DNA of 64,000 bases, taken from the NCBI GenBank assembly GCA_965223845.1, contig CBDCXR010000004.1, positions 7,520,001 through 7,584,000 of the forward strand. Direction: 5' to 3'. The stretch comes from Planctomycetota bacterium (GTDB lineage Bacteria; Planctomycetota; UBA8108; SXIK01). The position numbers were made by a program, and so were the translations under genes. How positions within the stretch are numbered: position 1 is the first letter of the stretch; each line of letters begins with the position of its first letter. Positions 18,441 through 28,268 of the stretch are shown here, piece by piece. The notes beneath the pieces are model-generated. The model had not been told where the DNA came from, made no database searches, and saw only the letters and a list, made by a program, of their open reading frames with translations.

Positions 18441-20120
18441 GTGAACAAGAAGTCTGTCGGGCAGATCCTCAAGGCCATGGGCGCGGTCGACGAAGACCAG
18501 ATCGATCGAGCGCTTCAGTTCGCCGAGGCGAACGATCTGCGCATCGGCGAGGCGCTGCTCAAGCAGGAAAGCTGCTCTCAGGAGCAGCTCAGCCGTGCTC
18601 TGAGCAAGCACTGGGAGGTGCCGTTCGCGAATCTCTCGAAGGGTGAGATCAAGCAGGAGATCGTCCAGCTCGTTCCGAAGGACGTCGCGCTCGAGCACAA
18701 CGTCGTCCCCGTCACGAAGAAGGGGAACACGCTCTACGTGGCGATGGCCGCGCTCGACCTGATGGTGCTCGACAACCTCAAGTTCCTCCTCAATCAGGAC
18801 GTCGAGGCGGCGATCGCGACGCCGAAGGACATCGAGGAAGCTCTCGATCAGTACTACCGGCTCACGGGCAATTTGAGCGAAGTCATCGGGGACGAAGACG
18901 GCGTCCAAGTCGGTCGCGACGAGTACGCGGGCGAAGATGCCGACGCGAACGAAGGGCCGGTCATCAAGTACGTGACGCAGCTCATTTCAAACGCGCTCAA
19001 GGAGCGCGCGAGCGACATTCACGTCGAGCCGTTCGAAAAGCGCGTTCGCATCCGGTATCGCGTCGACGGAGTTTGCGTCGAAAAGGAAAACCCGCCGAAG
19101 AAGCTCCAGGGCCCCATCCTCTCCCGCATCAAGATCATGTCCGACATGGACATGGCGGAGAAGAGGCGGCCGCAGGACGGCCGCATCAAGATCCATCTCC
19201 ACGGTCGTGAGATCGACCTCCGCGTGTCCGCGCTCCCCGCGCGCCACGGCGAGAGTATCGTCATGCGGATCCTCGACAAGGAGAAGAGCCTCGTCGATCT
19301 CGAAGAGCTCGGTTTCCACGAGACGGACTACAACCGTTTCGAAAAGATTATCAAGCGCCCGAACGGAATCTTTCTCGTTACGGGACCGACCGGTTCGGGA
19401 AAGACGACGACGCTCTACGCCGCGCTGAAGAAGCTGAATCGTCCGGACGTCAAGATCATCACCGCGGAGAACCCGATCGAGTACAACCTCACGGGAATCA
19501 ACCAAGCGGAAGTCCGCCACGAAATCGGGCTCACGTTTCAGCGCATCCTCCGCGCCATGATGCGACAGGCGCCGAATATCATCCTCGTCGGAGAGATTCG
19601 CGACCGGGAGACGGCGGACATCGCGATTCAGGCCGCGCTCACCGGTCACTTGGTGTTCAGCACGCTCCACACGAACGACGCACCGGCGGCGCTCACGCGT
19701 CTCATCGATATGGGCGTGAAGCCCTTCCTCGTCGCGTCGGCGGTCATGGCGGTGATGGCGCAGCGGCTCATCCGCATGCTCTGTCCCGATTGCAAGCAGC
19801 CGTACGAGGCCTCGGACACCGAGCTCCGGCAGGTGGGCATCACGCGCAATGAATTCGACAGCGGATCCCAGCTCTTCGAGGCGAAGGGCTGCCCGGCGTG
19901 TAACGGTCAGGGCTACCGCGGTCGCCGCGGCGTGTACGAGCTCATGGAGCTGAGCCCGGATCTCCGCGAGATGGCGTTCGAGCAGAAGCCTACTCAAGAT
20001 CTGCGGGTGAAGGCGCGCGCCGAAGGGATGACGACGCTCCAGGAGGACGCGGTCCGGAAGGCGCTCGCGGGGCGGACCACGCTTTACGAAGTCCTCCGCA
20101 TCACGCACCGCGCTGACTAA
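18441..20120 (+). CDS. pilB: Type IV pilus/T2SS assembly ATPase (PilB/GspE), paralogue 1
   Basis: ASDIHVEP, PQDGRI, GPTGSGKTTT, ILVGEIRD, TGHLVFSTLHTND, CPDC/CPAC Zn motif, MshEN-like N-terminus. SD AGGAG before GTG. Confidence 0.92.
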   Translation: MNKKSVGQILKAMGAVDEDQIDRALQFAEANDLRIGEALLKQESCSQEQLSRALSKHWEVPFANLSKGEIKQEIVQLVPKDVALEHNVVPVTKKGNTLYVAMAALDLMVLDNLKFLLNQDVEAAIATPKDIEEALDQYYRLTGNLSEVIGDEDGVQVGRDEYAGEDADANEGPVIKYVTQLISNALKERASDIHVEPFEKRVRIRYRVDGVCVEKENPPKKLQGPILSRIKIMSDMDMAEKRRPQDGRIKIHLHGREIDLRVSALPARHGESIVMRILDKEKSLVDLEELGFHETDYNRFEKIIKRPNGIFLVTGPTGSGKTTTLYAALKKLNRPDVKIITAENPIEYNLTGINQAEVRHEIGLTFQRILRAMMRQAPNIILVGEIRDRETADIAIQAALTGHLVFSTLHTNDAPAALTRLIDMGVKPFLVASAVMAVMAQRLIRMLCPDCKQPYEASDTELRQVGITRNEFDSGSQLFEAKGCPACNGQGYRGRRGVYELMELSPDLREMAFEQKPTQDLRVKARAEGMTTLQEDAVRKALAGRTTLYEVLRITHRAD

Positions 20121-20246
20121 ACGCAAGCGAGTCGATTCTCGACTCGATGCACCTTTCCACGGGCTGCCAAGGCTGAATCGAAGTAGCAACGAACCCAAGA
20201 CAACGACCCCGAGCGCTCGATCGCCTCGGGTTCGGGAGACCGCACC

Positions 20247-21944
20247 GTGCTGAACAAGAGACTCGGACAGATTCTGAAGGAACAGGGCGTCGTCTCCGAG
20301 TTCGACATCCAGGAGTCGCTGAAGAAGCAGAAAGAGAGCGGGATGGCTCTCGGTCAGATTCTTCTCGAGAACAATCTGGCCAACGAGGAGCAGCTTCAGC
20401 GCGCGCTCGCCGCGCAGGCGGGGATGGAGTTCGTCGACCTCGCCACGTCGGAAATCGTCCCCGAAGTCATCGAGCTCGTCGACCCGACGACCGTCGAGAC
20501 CTTCCGCGTCATGCCGGTCGAGTACGACGGGACGACCCTCACGGTCGCGATCGCGAAGCCCGACGCGATGAACATGCTCGATGACCTGCGGTTCAGCCTG
20601 CCGAAGATCGACAACTTCAAGATGGTCGTCGCCGGTGAGGAGGCGATTCAGGCCGCGATCGAGAAGTACTACCAGGACGGCGCTCGCGGAATGGACGAGC
20701 TCTTCGGCGGAGAGGGCGGCGGCGCCATCGGCAAGGAGCGCGAGAGCATCGACGCCGCGCAGCTCGAGGCCGACGCGAACGCGGCGCCGGTCGTCAAGCT
20801 TCTCAATATGATCCTCCTGCAGGCGATCCGCGATCGCTCGGCGGACATTCACCTCGAGCCGTTCGAGCACGAGTTCAAGGTGCGCTACCGCGTCGACGGC
20901 GTCCTCTACGAGATGATGCCGCCGCCGATTCACTTGGCGCGCGCGGTGATCTCCCGCGTGAAGGTCATGGCGAATCTCGATATCGCCGAGACGCGACTGC
21001 CGCAGGACGGGCGCATCGAGCTCAACATCGGCGGGAACCCGGTCGACCTTCGCGTGTCGACGCTGCCGACGATGTACGGCGAGAGCGTCGTCATGCGAAT
21101 CCTCGATCGTCAGAACCTCGCGCTCGACCTCGAAAAGCTCGGCCTCCGTCCCGAAGAGCTCAGCACCATGCGGAAGCTCTGCGGGAAGCCGAACGGGATC
21201 GTGCTCGTCACCGGCCCGACGGGAAGCGGGAAGACGACGACTCTCTACTCCGTGCTCCACGAAGCCAACGACATCGGCGTCAAGATCATCACCACCGAAG
21301 ATCCCGTCGAGTACGACCTCGAAGGAATCGTTCAGGTGCAGATCAACGAAGAGATCGGAACGACCTTCGCCGCGTGTCTGCGCAGTATCTTGCGCCAGGA
21401 TCCGGACAAGATCCTCGTCGGTGAGATTCGCGATCTCGAGACGTCGCAGATCGCGGTCGAAGCCGCGCTCACCGGTCACATCGTCTTTACGACCCTTCAC
21501 ACGAACGACGCGCCGTCGGCGGTCACGCGAATGCTCGACCTCGGGCTCGAGCCGTTCCTCATCACTGCGTGCCTCGAAGGAATCATCGCCCAGCGGCTGG
21601 TTCGTCGCATCTGCCTCGATTGTAAGGAAGCCTACGACCCGACGGACGAAGAGCTCTACGAGCTCGAGCTCACCCGATCGGGAATCGAAGGTCGGACCTT
21701 TTACTACGGACGTGGCTGCAAGAAGTGCAACAACACCGGGTACAAGGGGCGAATCGCGATCTTCGAGCAGTTCATCATGAACGACCGGCTGCGGGACATG
21801 ATCATGAACGCGGCCTCGACGGCCGAGCTTCGAGCCGTGGGAAAAGAGAGTGGAATGCGCACCCTGCGTGACGCCGGGCTGCTCCATATTTACGACGGCG
21901 TCACGACGATCGAGGAGGTCGTCAAGGAGACGATCACTTCATGA
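20247..21944 (+). CDS. pilB: Type IV pilus/T2SS assembly ATPase (PilB/GspE), paralogue 2
   Basis: RLGQILKEQG MshEN, GPTGSGKTTT, EDPVEY, LRQDPD, TLHTND, CLDC/CKKC. Confidence 0.92.
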   Translation: MLNKRLGQILKEQGVVSEFDIQESLKKQKESGMALGQILLENNLANEEQLQRALAAQAGMEFVDLATSEIVPEVIELVDPTTVETFRVMPVEYDGTTLTVAIAKPDAMNMLDDLRFSLPKIDNFKMVVAGEEAIQAAIEKYYQDGARGMDELFGGEGGGAIGKERESIDAAQLEADANAAPVVKLLNMILLQAIRDRSADIHLEPFEHEFKVRYRVDGVLYEMMPPPIHLARAVISRVKVMANLDIAETRLPQDGRIELNIGGNPVDLRVSTLPTMYGESVVMRILDRQNLALDLEKLGLRPEELSTMRKLCGKPNGIVLVTGPTGSGKTTTLYSVLHEANDIGVKIITTEDPVEYDLEGIVQVQINEEIGTTFAACLRSILRQDPDKILVGEIRDLETSQIAVEAALTGHIVFTTLHTNDAPSAVTRMLDLGLEPFLITACLEGIIAQRLVRRICLDCKEAYDPTDEELYELELTRSGIEGRTFYYGRGCKKCNNTGYKGRIAIFEQFIMNDRLRDMIMNAASTAELRAVGKESGMRTLRDAGLLHIYDGVTTIEEVVKETITS

Positions 21945-22170
21945 CGAATCGCCTTCGGGCGGACCGAAAATACCGGACTCGACCGGACGCCGCCGCAAGG
22001 GTTGAGGTGGATGTTCAAGTCGGCCGACCTCCACTTGGCAGTGGAGTCTCTGATGGATACGATGAATGCCGGTCGAGCGGTTTCGCAGCCGGCCATCGAA
22101 CTGTGATACGGATTCAGCAGCGCGCATCGGGTGAGTCCGGGTGGCTGAATCTCGAGACTAAGGAGGGAAC

Positions 22171-23406
22171 ATGCCCGTCTTCGCCGTAGAAGGCATCGAT
22201 GCGAACGGGCAGAAGGTCAAGAAGGACATTGACGCTGCGTCGAAAGACGCCGTCGTCAAGCAGTGCAAGTCCGCCGGCCTTCGTCCGACTCGTATCTCCA
22301 TGAAGGCGCGGTCCGCCGCGAAGGGTGGCGCCGACGCCGGGAAGAAGAAGGGCGGGAAGGTCCTCTTCGACCGGGTCAAGCACGCCCAGATCGTGACGTT
22401 CACGACGCAGCTCTCGACGCTGCAGGACGCGGGCCTTCCGATCGTCCGGAGTCTCAAGATTCTCGGGGAACAGCAGAAGGCGGGAAAGTTCCGCAATACG
22501 CTCGAGAGCATCGCGGATGAAGTCGAGCAGGGAAGCACGTTCTCCGAGTCGCTGAGCAAATTCCCGAAGTGCTTCGACAAGCTGTACGTGAGCATGGTGA
22601 AGGCCGGCGAGGCCGGTGGCGTGCTCGACGTGATCCTCAACCGCCTTGCGACCTTCATGGAGAAGGCGGAGAAGATCAAGAAGAAGGTGAAGGGCGCGCT
22701 GATCTACCCGATCGCGGTCATCATCGTCGCCGTTCTCATCGTCGCCTGCATCATGATCTACGTGGTGCCGTCCTTCGAAAAGATGTTCGCCGACATGGGG
22801 CAGTCGCTCCCGGCGCCGACTCAGTTCCTCCTCACGTGTAGCGAGCTCGTCCGGAAGTGGTGGTTCCTCCTTCCCGGGGTTCCCTTCGTCTTCGTCGTCA
22901 TCGTGAAGTGGATTGGATCCCGGCCGAAGGGCCGCGTGATGATCGACCGGGCGAAGCTGAATATCCCCGTCTTTGGGATGATCATTCGCAAGTCGTCCAT
23001 CTCCCGCTTCTGCCGTACGCTCGGAACGCTGATCGCGTCCGGCGTCCCGATCCTCGAGGCTCTTCGTATCGTGAAGGACGCGGTCGGGAACGTCGTGATC
23101 GGCAACGCGATCGAAGAAGTCCACGGCAGTATCCGTGAGGGCGACACCGTTGCCGAACCGCTCAAAAACTCGGGCGTGTTCGACGAGCTTCTGATCAACA
23201 TGATCGACGTCGGTGAGGAAACCGGCGAGCTCGACAAGATGCTGATCAAGATCGCCGACAACTACGAGGCGGACGTCGACGTTGCGGTCGAGGGTGTCTC
23301 GAGTCTCATCGAGCCGATGATTATTGTCGGCCTCGGCGGCGTGGTCGGATTCATCGTGATCTCGCTGTTCCTCCCGCTCATCGAGATCATCAAGGGCATC
23401 AACTAG
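22171..23406 (+). CDS. pilC: Type IV pilus inner-membrane platform protein (PilC/GspF)
   Basis: FTTQLSTLQDAGLPI, AGEAGGVL, ALIYP, VGEETGEL, LIEP; three TM segments. Confidence 0.93.
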   Translation: MPVFAVEGIDANGQKVKKDIDAASKDAVVKQCKSAGLRPTRISMKARSAAKGGADAGKKKGGKVLFDRVKHAQIVTFTTQLSTLQDAGLPIVRSLKILGEQQKAGKFRNTLESIADEVEQGSTFSESLSKFPKCFDKLYVSMVKAGEAGGVLDVILNRLATFMEKAEKIKKKVKGALIYPIAVIIVAVLIVACIMIYVVPSFEKMFADMGQSLPAPTQFLLTCSELVRKWWFLLPGVPFVFVVIVKWIGSRPKGRVMIDRAKLNIPVFGMIIRKSSISRFCRTLGTLIASGVPILEALRIVKDAVGNVVIGNAIEEVHGSIREGDTVAEPLKNSGVFDELLINMIDVGEETGELDKMLIKIADNYEADVDVAVEGVSSLIEPMIIVGLGGVVGFIVISLFLPLIEIIKGIN

Positions 23407-23478
23407 CGCCCTTGCACGTCCGCGAAGGGAGAACGACGAAGAAGAGAGGGCTCAAGCCCTGAACGAGGGGCGGAGGGT

Positions 23479-23525
23479 GAGTTCCCGATCGTGCGCGATG
23501 CGCTTGGTCGGGAACTCTTTCATTT
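23479..23525 (+). terminator. Terminator after pilC
   Basis: GAGTTCCCGATC...GGTCGGGAACTC stem followed by TTTCATTT. Confidence 0.55.
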
Positions 23526-23755
23526 GGGTCGGAGGAGGCTTGCGCGAGGTTCTCCTCTTCGCCGCCGCGGCGGGTGGCCCCATCGTTTCAGTGGGGGCTC
23601 GAGCTCGCCTCTCGCTCCCGCGACCGGCGCGGCGAGGGCTGGTGTTCTCGACGTGCGGTCGCTACCGTGGCTGAGCTCAGGACGGCGACGTTCCTGACGG
23701 TCGATTCTCGACCGAGCGCGACGCAGTCGAATCTGCAGAGGAATCCGGGCTACAC

Positions 23756-26044
23756 ATGTCGACCCCCGATCAGATTCTGCGCGAGGTGCAGGAGAACCCC
23801 GGCCTCTCGACGCGCAAGCTCACACGTCTTTGTCTCGGCGCGGGGTACGACGACGAGGCCGCCGATCGCTTCCTCGGCGTCCTCGAAGGTCTTCAGCGCG
23901 ACGGAGCGATCGTGCGCGTCCCGCCCGGGAAGTGGCGTCCCGCCTCGGCGACGAAGTTCCGCGTCGGCAGCGTCCGATTGTCGGGGAAGGGACACGGCTT
24001 CGTGCGCGTCGCCTCGCCCGATGACGATGCGCAGGACTACTTCGTGCGCGCGCCGGATCTCGGCGCTGCGGTGCCGGGCGACTACGTGCTCATCCGGCCG
24101 ATCTCCGCGGGCGCATCGCGCCGCGGTCGCGGCTCACGCCGGGGCGGTGACGGCGGAGACGACGGCCGACTTCCCGAAGCGAGCGTCGTCGAGGTGGTCG
24201 AGCGTTCGGAGATGCCGCTCCGCGGAACCTTCACCCCGGTGCGACGAGGCGGCTACGTTCGCGTGAGCTCGCGACAGCCGTGGCCGCCGGTCTTCGTTCC
24301 GCGCGCCCTCACGGACGACGCGAAGCGCGGCGAACAGGTTCTCGTGAAGCTGCGACCGCCCGAAGAGGGAGACGAAGAGCCGACCGGTCAGATCATCTTC
24401 CGCGTGAAGGACGGCACGCCGCGCGCGGACCTCGAGCTCCTCCGCGCGGAGAAGCAGCTCCCGGGACCGTTTTCGGATGCCGTTCTCGAAGAGGTGCGCG
24501 CGATCCGGTCCATTGGATCGGGCTGGAGCTGGAGTGATCGGATCGATCTCCGTGACTCGCTCATCGTTACGATCGACCCGGAGGACGCGCGCGACTTCGA
24601 CGATGCGATCTCTCTCGAGGTGGACGCGAAGGGGCGCTCGCGTCTCGGTGTTCATATCGCCGACGTCGCCCACTTCGTTGCGCGGGGCAGCGAGCTCGAG
24701 TCGGAAGCGGAACAGCGCGGAACGTCGATCTACCTCCCGGGTGAGGTCATCCCGATGCTCCCCGAGCGGCTCGCGAACGACCTCTGCAGCCTGCGCCCGC
24801 ACGAAGACCGGCTCGCGAAGTCCGTCTTCATGACCTTCGACGACGCGGGGGAGCTCGTACGGACCGAAGTCGCTCGGAGCGTGATTCGGAGTCGGCACCG
24901 CTTCACGTACGAGGAGGTCCTCGAGATCCTCGAAGGAGGCGGCGACGGTGGCTTGGCCGGCCACGAGCTCGAGCGGGAAATCGTCTCGCTCCTCGGGCGC
25001 ATGGCGGCTCTCCGCGACGCGCTCCATGCGAAGCGGGCCGCGCGCGGGGCACTGTTTCTCGATTTGCCTTCGCTCTCCGTCGCCGTCGATGAGTCCGGTA
25101 CCCCGACGGAACTCCGCCGCGAAGAGCACGACGCGTCGCACGCACTCATCGAAGAGTTCATGCTCGCCGCGAACGAGGCCGTCGCGAAGTACTTCATCGA
25201 GCAGAAGCTGCCGCTTCCCGCCCGAGTTCACCCGCCGCCCGACGAGGACCGCTTCGACGACTTTCGCGACTTTCTCGAATCGGTGGACGTCGAGTACCGC
25301 GGTCAGCCGACGCCGCAGGACATCCGGCGCTTCCTCGAGTCGATCGCGGATGATCCGCTCGCCGATCTCCTTCAGATCGGACTCCTCCGCACGATGGGAC
25401 ACGCGGAATACCAACCGGGCGCCGGCCTCCACTTCGCGCTCGCGACGGAGACCTATTGTCACTTCACCTCGCCGATCCGGCGGTTTCCGGATCTCCTCGT
25501 TCACCAGATTCTAGATGCGCACTGGGACGGACGCCTCCGGTCGGGCAAGTCGCGCGCGGAGTGGACCGATCGCCTCGAGAGCAGTCTCGCTCACGCTTCT
25601 GCCATGGAACGGAAGGCCGAGGACGCCGAACGAGAGATGACGAAAGTCCTCGTTATGCGCTACCTCGAGAAGATGGTGGGGCGCGAGTTCGACGGGCGGA
25701 TCGTCTACGTCGCGCCGTTCGGATTCTTCGTGCGCCTCGACCACGTATTGGTCGAGGGACTCGTCCACGTCAGCAGCCTGAGCGGCGACTACTTCGAGTT
25801 CGAGGAGACACGGCGCGTGCTTCGTGCTCGCCGCCGATCGGATCGGGTCTTCGCGCTCGGAGATCGAGTACGAGTGCAGCTCGAGGAGCTCGACTTCGAC
25901 GCTCGCGAGATCCGGCTCCGATGGCTCGGCGACGCGAGCGAGCGGGGCGCGGCTCGACCCGGGAAGGGGGAGAAGCGTCGCGCGAAGGCCGAACGCGCGC
26001 GCAAGGGATCGGCGAAGCGAGCGACGAAGCGAACGCGCTCATGA
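23756..26044 (+). CDS. rnr: Ribonuclease R
   Basis: TIDPEDARDFDDA, HIADV, IEEFMLAAN, HFTSPIRR; S1 domain; basic tail. Confidence 0.93.
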   Translation: MSTPDQILREVQENPGLSTRKLTRLCLGAGYDDEAADRFLGVLEGLQRDGAIVRVPPGKWRPASATKFRVGSVRLSGKGHGFVRVASPDDDAQDYFVRAPDLGAAVPGDYVLIRPISAGASRRGRGSRRGGDGGDDGRLPEASVVEVVERSEMPLRGTFTPVRRGGYVRVSSRQPWPPVFVPRALTDDAKRGEQVLVKLRPPEEGDEEPTGQIIFRVKDGTPRADLELLRAEKQLPGPFSDAVLEEVRAIRSIGSGWSWSDRIDLRDSLIVTIDPEDARDFDDAISLEVDAKGRSRLGVHIADVAHFVARGSELESEAEQRGTSIYLPGEVIPMLPERLANDLCSLRPHEDRLAKSVFMTFDDAGELVRTEVARSVIRSRHRFTYEEVLEILEGGGDGGLAGHELEREIVSLLGRMAALRDALHAKRAARGALFLDLPSLSVAVDESGTPTELRREEHDASHALIEEFMLAANEAVAKYFIEQKLPLPARVHPPPDEDRFDDFRDFLESVDVEYRGQPTPQDIRRFLESIADDPLADLLQIGLLRTMGHAEYQPGAGLHFALATETYCHFTSPIRRFPDLLVHQILDAHWDGRLRSGKSRAEWTDRLESSLAHASAMERKAEDAEREMTKVLVMRYLEKMVGREFDGRIVYVAPFGFFVRLDHVLVEGLVHVSSLSGDYFEFEETRRVLRARRRSDRVFALGDRVRVQLEELDFDAREIRLRWLGDASERGAARPGKGEKRRAKAERARKGSAKRATKRTRS

Positions 26045-27288
26045 GGGCCGAGCGCGTCACGGCTTTCCCGCACGACCGGTCGAAGCGGCGTGGCGTCTGC
26101 GCGACCGGGTGGGTTCTAGTCGCTTCCGCACTGTCGTCGCCCGTTCGCTCGGCGCCGCGCGACAGCGAATCTCCCGCTCGAACGACTCGCGGCTGGGAGG
26201 TCGCTCCGGGCGCGTTCGCAGCGGATCCTCGCCTCGGACGTTTGCTCCGGGCCGGCGCGGAGGCGCGTCGAGTGGCGCTGCGCACGCTCGCTTCGGAGTG
26301 GGCTCTCGAACCCGGCGAACGCGAAATCGTGTGGCGCTGGGACACTGCGCAGCTGCACGCGAACGCGCCCGCGGACGCGGAGCAGATCGAACTCGGGCGC
26401 ACGGAGTTCGAACCGGGAGGCGAGCGCATCGTCGTCACGCTTCCCGCGGCAAAGTTTCTCGCGGAGCCGCGGTGGGCGTCCGCGGTCATCGTTCACGAGG
26501 CGGTGCACGCACTCCACGGTTCGATTACGCGCGATGCGGCGTCCTACGAGCTCGTGCCGGCGTGGTTTCGCGAGGGGTTCGCGCTCCGCGTGAGCGGCGA
26601 AGGCCCGGAGCGCGTGCGCGATGCAATAGCGCTTCAGGTTCTCGCCGGCGGTGCGCCGGAAGAGATCCTACGCGCGTCCACTCGCCGTGGAGTCGACGCG
26701 CCTCGGTTTTCTCCCGCGGCGGCGTATCTCCTCGTGGAAGTGCTCGAGGAGAGAGTCGATCCGGCGAGATTTCGCCGCGAGCTCCGTGCGGTGTTCGCCG
26801 GTCGCGAGTTTTGGCCGGGCTGGCAGGCGGCGCTCGGGCGGTCGACATCGACGTCGGAAAGCACGCTCGCGTCCCTCGTACTCGCGGCGCGTGCGAAGGC
26901 GGAGTCGATGCTCGACGAGGCGCGGCTCGCACGGCTCCACGCGACCTTCCGCCGGCGCGCTCCGGACGAGCTGCTCGCGCTCCTCGCCGAGCGTCCCGAC
27001 GGCCCACTCGCCGCGACGCTGCGCTACCGTGCGGCGAGCGAGCTCTTCAAGCGGGCGGAGTCGAAGCACGAGCTCGGACGCGTGGTCGATGTCGTCCGCC
27101 CGCTCACCGCCGGGGATGACCGACTCTGGATGCCCGAGGCGCTCGTTCTTCTCGGACGCGCCGAGGCGCGTCGCGGACGGCTCGAAGCGGCGCGTCGCGC
27201 GTGGCGGCGAGTTCGGGAATCGTTCGCCGACGACCGCACCGCCGGTGCCGTCGCCGCTCGTCTCCTTCGCCGGCCGGACGACGCCTGA
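26041..27288 (+). CDS. Putative secreted gluzincin-type (HEXXH) metallopeptidase-like protein with C-terminal TPR
   Basis: HEAVHALH..PAWFREGFA; ATG overlaps the rnr stop (ATGA). Confidence 0.55.
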   Translation: MRAERVTAFPHDRSKRRGVCATGWVLVASALSSPVRSAPRDSESPARTTRGWEVAPGAFAADPRLGRLLRAGAEARRVALRTLASEWALEPGEREIVWRWDTAQLHANAPADAEQIELGRTEFEPGGERIVVTLPAAKFLAEPRWASAVIVHEAVHALHGSITRDAASYELVPAWFREGFALRVSGEGPERVRDAIALQVLAGGAPEEILRASTRRGVDAPRFSPAAAYLLVEVLEERVDPARFRRELRAVFAGREFWPGWQAALGRSTSTSESTLASLVLAARAKAESMLDEARLARLHATFRRRAPDELLALLAERPDGPLAATLRYRAASELFKRAESKHELGRVVDVVRPLTAGDDRLWMPEALVLLGRAEARRGRLEAARRAWRRVRESFADDRTAGAVAARLLRRPDDA

Positions 27289-27530
27289 GCCGTCGCCTCG
27301 CTGCGCCCCGGCGGATCGCTCGGGACGGGTAGGAGCCTCTGCGGCTCGGCGACTCCCGCCCGGCGATCGAGGGCGTCCCTCGCGTGGTAGAATCGCCTCG
27401 ACGAGATCCTCCGATCGAAGTTTGGGTCCTTCGATCACGCGCTGTGGGTTCCCCTCGCACGCCGGTTGACCTCGGCCGGGAATCGACGCCTCCGGACGCC
27501 CTCGTTCTCCAGCTACAACTCGAAGACGTC

Positions 27531-28268
27531 ATGTCACCGAAAGCCCGTCGAGTGCTCTTGTGCCTTTGGGCCGCGGCTTTGTTCGCGAGTTGCTCGCTCA
27601 TCCCCGTGGACGAGTTTCGTCCGGCGAAGCGCTTGCGGTTCTCCGCGGAGCACGTCCCCTTCGCCAGCTCCGAACTCATCTTCAGCCACGAGGTGCACTC
27701 GAGCGAGCTCTGCGAGACCTGCCACTTCGGGACGACGCAGAGCGAGTCGTACGCCGACGAACGCGCGCTCCGACTCGCCGACGACGGCTCCGTTCCGAAT
27801 CTCGCCCTGCCCTCGATGGCGCTCTGCTTCGAGTGTCACGACGGTGAGGTGCTCCCGCAGGACTGTATCCAGTGCCACCGCACCAACCGTCGCGAACGGA
27901 AGCCCCGATTTCACGATGGTCTCTGGCCGCGCCACCACAAGCACATGGCAGAGCGTGAGTCGTACAAGTGCTCGCTCTGCCACGTCGACAACGAGTGCAG
28001 CGGTTGCCACGCGGTCCGGAAGCCGCTCTCCCACACGCCGCGATTCGTGCGTTCGACGCACGGGCGCATGGCGATCCACGACCGGAGCTCGTGCTCGACG
28101 TGTCACCAAACAAGCTTCTGTGAGAACTGCCACAGCCAGCCGCCGCCGGACCACACGGCGATCTTCATGCGCGGCGGCGGTCACCGCCAAGCGGCGCTGC
28201 TCCGCGGGCGCAGTTGTCTCGTCTGTCACGGGTTCGAGGACGCCTGCGCCAGGTGTCACAACCGATGA
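27531..28268 (+). CDS. Nonaheme c-type cytochrome lipoprotein
   Basis: 9 CxxCH motifs (CETCH, CFECH, CIQCH, CSLCH, CSGCH, CSTCH, CENCH, CLVCH, CARCH); lipobox-like LFASC. Confidence 0.92.
   Translation: MSPKARRVLLCLWAAALFASCSLIPVDEFRPAKRLRFSAEHVPFASSELIFSHEVHSSELCETCHFGTTQSESYADERALRLADDGSVPNLALPSMALCFECHDGEVLPQDCIQCHRTNRRERKPRFHDGLWPRHHKHMAERESYKCSLCHVDNECSGCHAVRKPLSHTPRFVRSTHGRMAIHDRSSCSTCHQTSFCENCHSQPPPDHTAIFMRGGGHRQAALLRGRSCLVCHGFEDACARCHNR

Noticed and set aside
18987-21887. Long antisense ORFs (also opposite glnE, alaS, secA, the fab genes and the porin)
   Set aside because: Shadow frames of GC3-rich genes; no motifs
21941-22189. 82-aa ORF between pilB2 and pilC
   Set aside because: Atypical composition, overlaps the pilC start, no pilin or other motif
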